The position numbers were made by a program, and so were the translations under genes. Positions 16,706-26,614 of a stretch of 64,000 bases of DNA are shown piece after piece. The notes below the pieces were generated by a model, which saw only the letters and a list, made by a program, of their open reading frames with translations, made no database searches and was not told the origin of the DNA. This DNA is from Dehalococcoidia bacterium. GTDB lineage: Bacteria; Chloroflexota; Dehalococcoidia; Bin125. The first letter of the stretch is position 1; each line of letters starts with the position of its first letter. The stretch covers positions 267,778 to 331,777 of the forward strand of contig OZ244071.1 in the NCBI GenBank assembly GCA_965215555.1, read 5' to 3'.

Positions 16706-18010
16706 CTAGCCCATCGCACCGTTCACTTGGAGTTCGGCGATGCGCTCGTCGCTGAGACCGAGGAGGTCGCTGAAGACGTACTGGTTGGCCTCGCCGAGCG
16801 GTGGACCAGGTAGGTTTCGATGCGCAGGAGTTCGAGAGAAGCGAATCTGTAGACCATCGGTTAGGTGCTCGCCGATGACCGGGTGGTCTCGTGTGACGGT
16901 CCAGTCTCGAGACTTCATCTGCGGGTCACGGACGACCAGGTCGACACCGTTCTGGACGACTCCGGCAGGGACATCGGCGGTCTGAAGACGCTGCATCAGC
17001 GCCCGGCCGTCCTGGCCGGCCGTCCAGGAACCGATCTGTTCGTCCAGTTCATCCTGGTGTCGCAATCGAGCGGGAAGCGTGGCGAAGCGGTGATCTGTCC
17101 GCCAGTGCGGATGATCGCTGGCGTTGCAGAACGCTTCCCATTCGGCGTCGGAGGTACAGGTGATCATGATCCAGTTGTCGTCGCCGGCGGTCGGGTAGGT
17201 GTTGTGCGGCGCGGCTTGTGGCCAGACTGAGCGGTTGCCTGGCGGATTGCCGGTATCGCGATAGCGTCGGCCGTTGACGGTGTAATCGAGCGTGGCTGGA
17301 GCGGTGAGGGCCATGCCGGTTTCGACCTGCGAGAGGTCGATCCACTGACCTCGGCCGGTTTCGCGCCGATGTCGCAGCGCGGCGGTGATTGCCGCGGCGG
17401 CGGTGAATCCGGCCATGTGATCGAGGTAGGAGTAGCCCCAGCCAGCCGGCTCGGGCGCCTCGGGCAGTCCCGACATGGCAGTCAGTCCACTGAGCGCCTG
17501 CGCGGTTGGTCCCCATGTTGAGTAATCGCGCTGCGGACCTGAGTGTCCGAAGCCTGACAATGAGACGTAGATGATCTCCGGATTTTCGGCGCATTGTTCC
17601 TCGTAGCTGAGGCCCCAGTTTTCGAGGATGCGTGACGAGTAGTTCTCGACGAGCACGTCGGAGATGCGGATCAGTCGCTTGATCAGGTCGAGGCCATCGG
17701 GATGTCGAGCGTTGACGGTGATCGAGCGCTTGTTGCGATCGAGCCAGTTGAACATGGCTCCGGAGTCGGGCGGGTCGAATCCGTTTGGATGCGGTCGGCC
17801 GAAGCGGATCGAGTCGAGGGTCTGCTCGTTCTCGACGCGGATCACCTCCGCGCCGAGATCGCCGAGCAATCGGGTGCATGTAGGCCCGGCGACGATCCAG
17901 GTGAAGTCAACGACACGCACGCCGTCGAGCGGCGGTCGGTTGTTGGGAGCAGCGTCGCTCGTCGGCGTGTCAGTCAAGCCGGTGCACCTATTGTTCACCT
18001 GCTTCCGCAT
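16706..18010 (-). CDS. Family III CoA-transferase (CaiB/BaiF), copy 2
   Basis: 'LDGVRVVDFTWIVAGPTCTRLLGDLGAEVIRVE'. The true start is probably an internal Met. Confidence 0.75.
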   Translation of the reverse strand: MRKQVNNRCTGLTDTPTSDAAPNNRPPLDGVRVVDFTWIVAGPTCTRLLGDLGAEVIRVENEQTLDSIRFGRPHPNGFDPPDSGAMFNWLDRNKRSITVNARHPDGLDLIKRLIRISDVLVENYSSRILENWGLSYEEQCAENPEIIYVSLSGFGHSGPQRDYSTWGPTAQALSGLTAMSGLPEAPEPAGWGYSYLDHMAGFTAAAAITAALRHRRETGRGQWIDLSQVETGMALTAPATLDYTVNGRRYRDTGNPPGNRSVWPQAAPHNTYPTAGDDNWIMITCTSDAEWEAFCNASDHPHWRTDHRFATLPARLRHQDELDEQIGSWTAGQDGRALMQRLQTADVPAGVVQNGVDLVVRDPQMKSRDWTVTRDHPVIGEHLTDGLQIRFSRTPAHRNLPGPPLGEANQYVFSDLLGLSDERIAELQVNGAMG

Positions 18011-18467
18011 TGCGGAAGTGGCGCAGCGTCATGGCAGTCAGTAACAGGGTACCGATGAATACGCCATGTTGAAGTAGGGCGTTGCGATCTCCGAGGATGA
18101 TTGTGCCAAATGAGAGCGTCACGAACATCAGCACGCTGAGGGTGAGCCCGATGCCGGCCATGTCCCATCGGTGTGCGTGTCTCTGCACGAAGAGTCCGAG
18201 GGTCAGCAGGAAGAGCACGCCCAGGCCGATCTCGGCGACGCCCACGAGGTAGGCCATGATGTCGGCGAGGGTGGAACTGGGGTCATCGGGTGAGCCGATC
18301 CCGATGTTGGGTAAGAGGTTGTTCTTGAGGTGGTTGCTGAAGGTGACGCCGAAGTTGTTGTTGGCAAACTTGTCGATCCCGTTGAAGAGCCAGAAGAGCC
18401 CCCAGTGCAGGACAAGTACCAAGGGCAGCGAAATGAGCCTACCAAGACTGACCAATCCCTCGATCAT
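17988..18467 (-). CDS. Integral membrane protein (4 TM, possibly DoxX-like)
   Basis: Hydrophobicity pattern only. Overlaps the downstream CaiB start by 23 nt. Confidence 0.45.
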   Translation of the reverse strand: MIEGLVSLGRLISLPLVLVLHWGLFWLFNGIDKFANNNFGVTFSNHLKNNLLPNIGIGSPDDPSSTLADIMAYLVGVAEIGLGVLFLLTLGLFVQRHAHRWDMAGIGLTLSVLMFVTLSFGTIILGDRNALLQHGVFIGTLLLTAMTLRHFRNAEAGEQ

Positions 18468-18567
18468 CGTGTTTCTCCTATCTCCGCGGGGTTGGGTAAC
18501 CGGTCACGGAAGGATAGGGAAATCGCAACGACCTCTGCAGGGACGGTTCAGCTTTGGCGACGTGCTC

Positions 18568-18972
18568 TTAGACAGGCTCGAACTTTGGCAAGGTGTGGTC
18601 GTCGGTGATGTCATCAAAGACCACCTTGACGCGTAGTCCGACGTGGACGTCCTCGACGGGCACATTGATGAGATTCGTGTGCATGCGCGGCCCTTCGTCG
18701 AGTTGGACCACGGCGAGCGTGTAGGGAATCTCTTCCTTCCACGACGGGTGGTAGAGCTGGTGCATGCGGACCCAGGTGTAGACCTCACCGTTACCGGCGG
18801 ACTCGCGCCATTCCCAGTCAGTCGACCAGTCCTTGTAGCAACGGTCGCTATAGGGGTACTGGAAGTGGTCGGCCGAGGGGAAATACTGCAGCAGGAGCTT
18901 GTGCTCCTTGAGTCCGTCGAAGAACGGTTTGGTGTCCTCGTCGGGATTGGGGAGTGGCTTCTCGTATGCCAT
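18568..18972 (-). CDS. Zn-ribbon/OB-fold protein (DUF35 family, thiolase partner)
   Basis: Start at MAYEKPLPNPDEDTKPFFDGLKEHKLLLQ. Typical DUF35 N-terminus and OB-fold. Confidence 0.7.
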   Translation of the reverse strand: MAYEKPLPNPDEDTKPFFDGLKEHKLLLQYFPSADHFQYPYSDRCYKDWSTDWEWRESAGNGEVYTWVRMHQLYHPSWKEEIPYTLAVVQLDEGPRMHTNLINVPVEDVHVGLRVKVVFDDITDDHTLPKFEPV

Positions 18973-19009
18973 TGGCGATGGTGTCGTTTCTGATCTGGTC
19001 TCAAATGGA

Positions 19010-20200
19010 CTAGTTGGCGTTGGGGGACAGGATGAGGGTGCCGTGAGTATCGAGCGTGCCACCGTTGCCTGAGCAGAGGACGATGTCGTTCTTCTCGATC
19101 TGGCGCTCGCCGCCGGAGCCGCGAGCCTGAATCACAGCTTCCGAGACCGGCGTCATGCCCCACATGTAGTAGGACGAAAGCTGTCCGCCGCCGGTGTTGA
19201 TCAATGGGAGGTCGGCTTCGGGATCGGACGGGTCTTCGGGATAGAGGCCAATCGCCTCGCCCGGCTTGGCCAGTCCGTAGTCCTCAATGGTGCGCAACAC
19301 GGTGTACGTGTAGCAGTCGTAGAACTCGCAGATGTCGACATCGTCGGGACCGACGCCGGCCATCTTGTAGGCGGTTTCACCGGCGATGACAGCACCGGAG
19401 GTGGTTCCAGTCTCGACCTCGGCATGAGGGAAGTTGCCTGGGTGGCCTTGTCCCATACCCCAGATGTATGCGGGATCGGACTGTAGATCGCGCGCGCGAT
19501 CGGCTGTGGTGACAATCGTGCAGACGGCGCCGTTGGAGACCAGACAGCAGTCGAGCAGGTGGAACGGGTCCACGATCCAGCGAGAGTTGTGGTAGTCCTC
19601 GAGCGTCAACGGCTGGCGCATGGTCGCGTGCGGATTGTCGACGGCGTAGCGGCGCTGAGTCACCGAGACTCTGCCCAGGTCGTTGTTGGTGATGCCATAG
19701 CGCTCCATGTATCGGCGAGCGGCGAGCGCGTAGGAGGTATTGGCTCCGTAGAAGCCGAAGGCAGGCATGAGCGAGGCCATGCCTGAGGGTCCGCGTCGGC
19801 CAGCTCCGCCGTAGGCAGCGCCGGCTGACCCACCTTGCTGCAGTGGGGCGTCAGCGAAGATGCAGGCGACGTAGTTGGCCATGCCGTGATTGACGGCCAT
19901 GGCGGCGTACTGGATCATCGCCGAGGCCGTCGCACCGTAGGAATTCATGTGGTTGAGCAGGCGCAAGTTGCGCAGTCCGAGGTAGCCCTGCAGCGGGATG
20001 CCAATGCCAGTGCCCATCATGCCAGTGATGCCAGGATTGACGAGCAGGCCGTCGATCTGGTCTTTTTCAAGGCCGGCGTCCTGGATGGCAAGCTTGATCG
20101 ACTCTCCGGCAAACCAGGAGGCGTCGTGTCCGTAGACCTTGCCCATTTCGGTGATGCCGAGGCCGCAGATGGCGGTTTGTCCTCTGATTGGATCGCTCAT
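19010..20200 (-). CDS. Thiolase-like protein (SCP-x type / nonspecific lipid-transfer thiolase)
   Basis: 396 aa with a thiolase fold, 'ICGLGITEMGK...'. Paired with the DUF35 gene as is usual for SCP-x thiolases. Confidence 0.75.
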   Translation of the reverse strand: MSDPIRGQTAICGLGITEMGKVYGHDASWFAGESIKLAIQDAGLEKDQIDGLLVNPGITGMMGTGIGIPLQGYLGLRNLRLLNHMNSYGATASAMIQYAAMAVNHGMANYVACIFADAPLQQGGSAGAAYGGAGRRGPSGMASLMPAFGFYGANTSYALAARRYMERYGITNNDLGRVSVTQRRYAVDNPHATMRQPLTLEDYHNSRWIVDPFHLLDCCLVSNGAVCTIVTTADRARDLQSDPAYIWGMGQGHPGNFPHAEVETGTTSGAVIAGETAYKMAGVGPDDVDICEFYDCYTYTVLRTIEDYGLAKPGEAIGLYPEDPSDPEADLPLINTGGGQLSSYYMWGMTPVSEAVIQARGSGGERQIEKNDIVLCSGNGGTLDTHGTLILSPNAN

Positions 20201-20273
20201 GTGAAACTCCTCGCAAGTCCAGCGACAGTTTAGCAGCGGGTCGCTTGGCTCAGTTCGGAATGGGAAGCGAACG

Positions 20274-20813
20274 GTGTACCCTCAGCAGGCTGAGGCAAGG
20301 AGTGGGCCGTTGGTGGTCAATGGTGATCGAGCAGTTGACGAGGACATCAGAAGCAGGTTCTTCTACGAGATTGCTCGCTGGCGATTAGACGAGCAATCTC
20401 AACGAGCCGACTCACTCGATAGGAAGCTTGGCGCGACGTTCACGCTGAACGGGGCACTGATAGCGGTGTTCGCAGCGGCATTCGCACTCCAAGAGGGGTC
20501 AGTGCCCGAAACCGTGTGGTGGATGTTCGCTGTCGTCGTGTCGCTGTTCATCCTGAACGGAATCTGCACGTACGCCGCGTATCAGCTGCGCAAGTGGCAA
20601 GTGAATCCAAATCTCGTCGACCTTGAACGCGTAACCAGGCGGTCGAGTCGTCGAACCGCGGAGATCTGGACAGCACGTGAAATGCGGCGAGCTTATCGCG
20701 ACAACGAAATCGAGTTGTTGCGAAAGTCGTGTTGGTGGCGTTGGGCATTCGCGATCGGAATGCTGGACATCGGGCTAGCTGCCGCGACGGCTGTCGTTGC
20801 CTTGTACCCATGA
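20274..20813 (+). CDS. Hypothetical 2TM membrane protein (paralog of 3280..3780)
   Basis: Same architecture as 3280..3780: 'YEIARWRLDEQSQRADSLDRKLGATFTLNGALIAVFAAAF', a second TM helix, then a C-terminal hydrophobic segment. Confidence 0.5.
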   Translation: MYPQQAEARSGPLVVNGDRAVDEDIRSRFFYEIARWRLDEQSQRADSLDRKLGATFTLNGALIAVFAAAFALQEGSVPETVWWMFAVVVSLFILNGICTYAAYQLRKWQVNPNLVDLERVTRRSSRRTAEIWTAREMRRAYRDNEIELLRKSCWWRWAFAIGMLDIGLAAATAVVALYP

Positions 20814-20984
20814 GACCTGAGTTTGGACTGTCACCCACGCACTACATAGTCAGGTCGACCCTTGGGCGGGATCTTTGGATGCTTCGAAGGCGGCATGGCC
20901 TTTGGAGTGTTCGCACCAGCTTTGGGGTCTTCCGCCATCGTCGTACTCCGAAGTACTGAGTCGGGAGTAGATCAATGCTATTCG

Positions 20985-21797
20985 CTACAACACCGTGATG
21001 TCTTCGCCTCCGTCGACGTTGATGGTGTTTCCGGTGACCCAGTTGGAGTTGTCTAGGCTGAGGCCGATGATGGCTCGGGCGATGTCTTCGGGCTCGGTGA
21101 CTCGGCCTGAGGGGTTGTGATTCTGGGCAAAGTCGAGCAGTTGCATCCCGGCCGGGATTTTCTCCAGTGCGGGCGTGTGGGTGATGCCTGCTTTGATCGC
21201 GTTGGCTGCGATTCCACTCGGCGCCAGCTCGACCGCGAGCTGACGCAAATGGGCAGCGAGTGCAGCCTTGGCTGCAGAGACAGCTCCGTACTGCGGGATG
21301 ACACGCATGTCCCCACCTGAAGTCATTCCGTAGATCTTGCTGCCTTCGCCGAGCAGACCACGGCTGACCATGTCCTGCGTCCAATAGACGACGGAATTGG
21401 CCATGACGTCCATGGTCATTTCCATCTGTCGCTGGGAGATGGGCCGATCTTCTTTCTCGCCGATGTAGGGACCGAGCGTACCGAAGGCCAGCGAATGCAA
21501 GAGGACACGGACAGAACTCGGGCCATCTTGACCGTCGAGCTGTTCTCGCAGACCGTCGAGCATGTCGCCACGCTTGGCGGCGTCGGCGGCGTTCATGTTG
21601 TGGAACGATGCTTGCCGGCCGTGGCTCTCGATTTGACTGACGATGTTTTCGACGTTGGCCATCGTCGAGCGCCGATCAAGGTGGACGCCGGCGATATTCA
21701 TGCCGGCCTCGGCCAGGGCAACGGCGCAGGTGCCGCCGAATCCCGATGATGCTCCGAGGATCAAGGCCCACTGTCCGTCAAGTTGAGGATGTCGCAC
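20985..21797 (-). CDS. SDR family oxidoreductase (enoyl-ACP reductase-like)
   Basis: 'ALILGASSGFGGTCAVALAEAGMNIAG' Rossmann region and a catalytic Y..K region. Confidence 0.8.
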   Translation of the reverse strand: MRHPQLDGQWALILGASSGFGGTCAVALAEAGMNIAGVHLDRRSTMANVENIVSQIESHGRQASFHNMNAADAAKRGDMLDGLREQLDGQDGPSSVRVLLHSLAFGTLGPYIGEKEDRPISQRQMEMTMDVMANSVVYWTQDMVSRGLLGEGSKIYGMTSGGDMRVIPQYGAVSAAKAALAAHLRQLAVELAPSGIAANAIKAGITHTPALEKIPAGMQLLDFAQNHNPSGRVTEPEDIARAIIGLSLDNSNWVTGNTINVDGGEDITVL

Positions 21798-21841
21798 GGA
21801 TTGGCTCCCTGCAGATTGGTCAGTGCGGATTGGGTGAGGAC

Positions 21842-23167
21842 TTAGAGTCGCTGGGCGTTGGTGAAGCGCCGCACGACCTCAAAGAGGATTTGGATGCCGG
21901 TGTTCAGACCTTCGATCGGCGTGCGTTCATTGTGGCCATGCACGCCCGCGGCGAGCGAAGCATCCATCAAGGTAGGCACGAAGCCGTAAGAGTGAACGCC
22001 GTGGCGACGCAGGACCCTGGAATCGGTGAATCCCACGCACGTGGATGGAATGACGAGCGCGCCCTCGACCTGCTCGCGCACGACATCCTCTATCACGCTG
22101 ACCATCTCGGTCTCGAAGCTGCTTGACGGACCCATGCTGCCGAAGACGACTTCGACACTGACCTTTTCGTCGTCGATCACGTCTCGCATGCTCTTGATGA
22201 AGTCGTCGTAGGACTCACCAGGTAAGAGTCGGCAATCGAGCGTGGCTTCGGCGTCGGCCGGGATCACGTTGTGCTTGATGCCGCTGGTTGCTCCAGTGTT
22301 GGAGATCGTGTCGCGGGTGACAGCCGCGAAGGCTGGATAGGTTTGGCAGAGTTTGTTCAGGCTAGGGGCCGAGCCAGCCCAGGCGTTGGCGTCGCGCATC
22401 CGCTGGATTGCTTCGGCGGTGTGCGGTTGGACGGTGACCGCTCGATCCCAGTTCTGAATGGCGAAGAGCGCGCGAATCAGACGCTCGACGGCGTTGTCGC
22501 TATGCGGCGTTGAACCGTGTCCGGGTTGACCCTCGGCTCGCAGTTTGAGCCACAATGGCGACTTCTCGGAGGGCGAGCAGGAGAAGACGGGCCGATTGGA
22601 ACCAAGCAGATTGAGAGCCCCCATCCCACCTTCATTGAGCGCGAACTCGGGCTCGGTGATCCATCCCTGCTCGTTTTGATCGAGCCACTCCATTCCGTAA
22701 GCGGAGCCAGCTTCTTCGTCGGCCACGGCGAGAAAGACGATGTCGCGATTGGGTGTGAGATTGAGGCGCTTGAAGAGCAGCATGATCAGCAGCTCAAGCG
22801 TGCCCATGCCCTTCATGTCGAGAGCGCCTCGTCCCCAGAGCATGCCATCCTGCTCGACGGCTGCAAATGGGTCAACATCCCAGAACTCTTCCTGCACCGG
22901 CACGACATCGGTGTGGTTGAGCAGCATGAGCGGCCGCTCGTCGCCGGTTCCCTTGAGTCGACTGCGCATCGAGACCCGGCCAGGACCAGCCTCCACGTAT
23001 TCACACTCGTAGCCTTCGGCCTCGAGGAGGGTGGCGAGGAACTCGGCGGCGGCCTGTTCGTTTCCAGGCGGATTGGATGTGTTGATGCGGAGGTAGTCGC
23101 GCAGGACCGACGTGATTTCGGCGGTCACATCGTCCCAGTTGACGCCTAGTTGGGGTGTCGTTGTCAT
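21842..23167 (-). CDS. M20 family metallopeptidase / amidohydrolase
   Basis: Start ATG 23167 (MTTTPQLGV...). M20 metal-binding motifs 'HTDVVP' and 'GRGALDMKG'. Confidence 0.8.
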   Translation of the reverse strand: MTTTPQLGVNWDDVTAEITSVLRDYLRINTSNPPGNEQAAAEFLATLLEAEGYECEYVEAGPGRVSMRSRLKGTGDERPLMLLNHTDVVPVQEEFWDVDPFAAVEQDGMLWGRGALDMKGMGTLELLIMLLFKRLNLTPNRDIVFLAVADEEAGSAYGMEWLDQNEQGWITEPEFALNEGGMGALNLLGSNRPVFSCSPSEKSPLWLKLRAEGQPGHGSTPHSDNAVERLIRALFAIQNWDRAVTVQPHTAEAIQRMRDANAWAGSAPSLNKLCQTYPAFAAVTRDTISNTGATSGIKHNVIPADAEATLDCRLLPGESYDDFIKSMRDVIDDEKVSVEVVFGSMGPSSSFETEMVSVIEDVVREQVEGALVIPSTCVGFTDSRVLRRHGVHSYGFVPTLMDASLAAGVHGHNERTPIEGLNTGIQILFEVVRRFTNAQRL

Positions 23168-23219
23168 GGGTCGAGTATACGCATCAACCGTGGGTCGACA
23201 GAGCGATGTCAGGGCAGCG

Positions 23220-24044
23220 TCAGGCAGAATCACCGGCGAGGACGCGCTTGACCTCTGCGGTGATTCGGGACATGAGCTCGCCGGCCTTGTCGTGTATTGC
23301 GACCGTGCAGTACTGAGAGATGATTGTGGGGTCGAGGTTGACTTCGATCATCGGGTGTCCGCGCTGTCCGATGGCGAAGGCGAAGTCGGCTGCCGGCGAG
23401 ACGACGGCAGTGGTGCCGACGAGAATGACGCAGTCGGCTTTGGAAGATTCTTCGTAGCAGCGCTGGAGGCAGTCGGGCGGAATCGGTTCGCCGAACATGA
23501 CCGTATCGGTCTTGACGATGCCGCCGCACTTGTCGCAGCGAGGCGGGAAGAGCTCGGGGATCTCATCAAACGGCGAGCGAGTGTTGCAGTTGATGCATCT
23601 GAGCAGCGTGGTGCAGCCGTGAATTTCAGTCAGGCTTTGCGCTCCGGCGACACGGTGCAAGCCGTCGACGTTTTGCGTGATGATGTGCTTGAGAATGCCG
23701 ATACGCTCGAGCTCGGCCATGGCGTAGTGGGCATCGTTGGGTTGCGCATTGGCGATGGTGGCCGTCAGTTCATCCGGGTTTCGGCGTCGTTCCGCGACAT
23801 GCTGCCACCACTCAGCCGGATCGGCGGAGAACTGCTCGTACTGGTTGAGCGGCGGTTCTCCATGCTTGGTCCAGAGGCCGTCTTTGCCCCGAAATGTGGG
23901 GATGCCCGACTCGGCCGATATACCGGCTCCGGTCAGCGCGATGCAGTAATGCGATTGGGCTAGCAGCGCAGCCGCACGTTCGACAGAGTCCTGATGCTCG
24001 TCTGCCAGATGCTCGTCTGATGACTGGTCGGCCGGGGTTGGCAT
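23220..24044 (-). CDS. cobB: NAD-dependent protein deacylase (sirtuin, Sir2/CobB family)
   Basis: 'GAGISAESGIPTFRG', 'QNVDGLH', and zinc ribbon CxxC...CxxC. Confidence 0.8.
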   Translation of the reverse strand: MPTPADQSSDEHLADEHQDSVERAAALLAQSHYCIALTGAGISAESGIPTFRGKDGLWTKHGEPPLNQYEQFSADPAEWWQHVAERRRNPDELTATIANAQPNDAHYAMAELERIGILKHIITQNVDGLHRVAGAQSLTEIHGCTTLLRCINCNTRSPFDEIPELFPPRCDKCGGIVKTDTVMFGEPIPPDCLQRCYEESSKADCVILVGTTAVVSPAADFAFAIGQRGHPMIEVNLDPTIISQYCTVAIHDKAGELMSRITAEVKRVLAGDSA

Positions 24045-24070
24045 GCGCGAATTTTCCTCAGATACGACAA

Positions 24071-24125
24071 CGCCCCCTAACGGGGGCGCATCTTCTTGTG
24101 TGCCGTTGGCTCCCTAACGGGAGCC
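24071..24125. other. Two tandem hairpins with identical UAAC loops (terminator-like)
   Basis: CGCCCCC-TAAC-GGGGGCG and GGCTCCC-TAAC-GGGAGCC, 37 nt apart. Confidence 0.4.
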
Positions 24126-24325
24126 TGACCTGTCAACTTGAAGGACTCCAAAGATGAGATGGATATTCAGCTTACGCATCGAATCCTCCTCTCGATTCCC
24201 AACCGTGTTCATCGTAGCGGATCGCAAGGGATTTGTCACTGGGACTGGAATCAGGGCAAACTGCGTTAAGCTGGTGACGTAACGAGGGTGGCTGATCACC
24301 ATCTGTTGACAGAGGAGCCGAGCGG

Positions 24326-25657
24326 ATGCTGAGATTGGCCGAGCCGCTGCTCAGTAGTCGAATCGGCGGTTGGGCGTTGGTTGAGAGTCCGCCGCAGCGG
24401 ACCGCCGTTACCGGACAACAATGGTCTCTCCTGATCGTCACCACTGCGGCGTTGGTGGCAATGCTCGCTGTCGTGTTCGATCTTCGACTTTCTTCCGATG
24501 GTGCAGTGCTCATGGAGATGCCAGCGGCGACGACCGTGGACTCCCCACGGGCCGAGGCACGCACTCCCGCGACCGTGCCACCGCCTGCTTCGTCCGAGCA
24601 GCAGCGGAGTGAGGCAGCCAGCCCCGCAGCAACAACGGACGTTCTTACATCACCCGCAGAAGCAAGCACGCAACGATCGGCGCTCACGTCGCCAGCGCGA
24701 CCGGGCGAAACAGAACGAGGCGAAGCAACGACAACGGCTGAAGCTTCGCAGACGGGAGCCGATATTCGGCAAGCAGAGGCGGCTTCAACAAGTGCGGCCG
24801 CAAGCGAAGCGTCAAGCGATGCTGCCGTGCCTGCCGATCCGGCGTCGCGGATTCGTGACTACCTGGGACTGCACGCGGCGGCGCAGTTGCCGGTGTCGTT
24901 CGCGTACGAGGTTCAGGCGGGAGATACCGCGTCGAGTATCGCGACACGGTTCGGGCTCGAAGAGGCCACGGTGCTATTCAACAACTTTGACATCTACGAC
25001 CCGAATCACCTGACGGTGGGTCAGATATTGAAGTTGCCGCCGGTCAATGGACTCGTCTACACGGTGCAACCTGGCGACCTCTTTGATGCGTTGATGGAGA
25101 ACTACCAGAGCGACCGACAGGCGACGCTGGCCTACCCGGCCAACGAGATATCGAGTCCTGACCAGATTTACGTCGAGCAGAAGCTGCTGCTGGTGCATGG
25201 GTCGGCATCGCTCCCGGCGACCGGCAGCGTCGCGACCGCCAGCTCTGGCGGCAATGGGGGCACGCAAGTCTGGACGGTGCCGACCTTCATCTGGCCGTTG
25301 GGCTACGACGAGATCAGCGACCTGTTTGGCACGCCTCGGGCAAACTCTGTAGGCTACCACACCGGGGTGGATTTTGTCGCGGCAGTCGGCACGATTGTTG
25401 GTTCGGCGGCGGCGGGGCAGGTGTCGGTTGCGACATGGGATCCGTCCTACGGGAACTGGATTGAAATCAACCACGGCGGCGGATATCGCTCGCGGTATGC
25501 GCACCTGAATGAGATTTGGGTTCGCGAAGGAGAGTGGCTTGCGTCGAACGCTTACATTGGCACGGTGGGCAACACCGGAAATTCATCCGGTGCACACCTG
25601 CACTTCGAGATCATCATTGACGGTCAAACGGTGAATCCGTTGGCCTGGTTGAACTAA
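24326..25657 (+). CDS. Membrane-anchored LysM-domain M23 family peptidase
   Basis: N-terminal TM helix, low-complexity Ala/Ser/Thr linker, two LysM-like segments and M23 motifs 'HTGVDF' and 'GNTGNSSGAHLHFE'. Confidence 0.75.
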   Translation: MLRLAEPLLSSRIGGWALVESPPQRTAVTGQQWSLLIVTTAALVAMLAVVFDLRLSSDGAVLMEMPAATTVDSPRAEARTPATVPPPASSEQQRSEAASPAATTDVLTSPAEASTQRSALTSPARPGETERGEATTTAEASQTGADIRQAEAASTSAAASEASSDAAVPADPASRIRDYLGLHAAAQLPVSFAYEVQAGDTASSIATRFGLEEATVLFNNFDIYDPNHLTVGQILKLPPVNGLVYTVQPGDLFDALMENYQSDRQATLAYPANEISSPDQIYVEQKLLLVHGSASLPATGSVATASSGGNGGTQVWTVPTFIWPLGYDEISDLFGTPRANSVGYHTGVDFVAAVGTIVGSAAAGQVSVATWDPSYGNWIEINHGGGYRSRYAHLNEIWVREGEWLASNAYIGTVGNTGNSSGAHLHFEIIIDGQTVNPLAWLN

Positions 25658-25714
25658 CGGATTTCGTTTGCATGCTCGGGCCGCATCAATGCGCCGCTCG
25701 AGGCGGAGGTTCGC

Positions 25715-26614
25715 ATGAACGCAGTAGCACCTGGATTCGATCCAGCAGGTTGGACCCACGATTACGCGACGACGAACGGAGTCCGGCTGCACTACGTGAC
25801 CCAGGGCGAAGGCCCGCTGATCCTGTTGCTGCACGGGTTTCCTGAGCACTGGTACTCATGGCGCCACCAGATTGGCCCGTTGACCGAGGCGGGTTTCCGA
25901 GTCGTCGCGCCTGACTTGCGGGGCTACAACCTGTCCGACAAGCCTCGCGGTGGATACGACATCAAGAATCTGACCAAAGACGTACGCGGATTGATTCGAG
26001 CCTTCGGCGAGCAATCGGCAACCATCGTCGGGCACGATTGGGGTGGAGTGATCTCGCTGCAGTTCCCGATCGATTACCCCAAAGCTTGCGAGCGGTTGAT
26101 CGTGATGAACGCCCCACTGGTCCGCTCGTGGTACTGGGGCAAGCGGAACTACCCGAACAACACCTATGCACTGCTGATGCAGGTGCCGGGACTTTCCGAG
26201 CGCAGGGCTTGGTCAGACATTGACCAGACAACCAGCCGGGTCTTCACCGCGGTCGGCGATAACGAAGATGCATTCACTCAGCAAGATCTCGACATCTTCG
26301 CCGAGGCGCTGAAGCAGCCGAACGCGCTGTCATCGGCAATGAAGTACTACCGCTCGATCTACTGGCCGAACTGGTTCCTGACCTGGCCTGACCGCAATGC
26401 GCGGATCACCTGTCCGACCCAGTTCATCTGGGGCCGAGAGGATCGCGCGGTGCGGTTGCCGTTCATGGAAGAAGCCGCTGAACGAGTGGACGATTTGCGG
26501 ACCGTGTTGATTGATGACGCCGGCCATTGGGTCCAACAGGAGAAACCGCAGGAAGTGACCGCTGCGATGCTGGACTTCCTGGCGCCGAACGCTGTTGGAG
26601 CGCCACAGCAATGA
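25715..26614 (+). CDS. Alpha/beta hydrolase (epoxide hydrolase-like), copy 1
   Basis: 'LLLHGFPEHWYSWRHQ' and 'GHDWGG' nucleophile elbow. Confidence 0.75.
   Translation: MNAVAPGFDPAGWTHDYATTNGVRLHYVTQGEGPLILLLHGFPEHWYSWRHQIGPLTEAGFRVVAPDLRGYNLSDKPRGGYDIKNLTKDVRGLIRAFGEQSATIVGHDWGGVISLQFPIDYPKACERLIVMNAPLVRSWYWGKRNYPNNTYALLMQVPGLSERRAWSDIDQTTSRVFTAVGDNEDAFTQQDLDIFAEALKQPNALSSAMKYYRSIYWPNWFLTWPDRNARITCPTQFIWGREDRAVRLPFMEEAAERVDDLRTVLIDDAGHWVQQEKPQEVTAAMLDFLAPNAVGAPQQ

Noticed and set aside
20813-20985. Searched remaining convergent-gene gaps for further copies of the structured repeat
   Set aside because: This gap and others (3780..4068, 9295..9348, 32189..32195) contain only ordinary hairpins. 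There are no matches to the ATACCCGCG / GCGGCAATGACGG core.
20842-21384. 180-aa minus-strand ORF
   Set aside because: It overlaps the SDR gene in another frame and has an Arg/His-rich low-complexity product.
24114-24302. 62-aa minus-strand ORF upstream of the sirtuin gene
   Set aside because: No conserved features, and it lies in a divergent promoter region. The twin hairpins after it may be an independent terminator or small-RNA 3' end rather than evidence that this is a gene.
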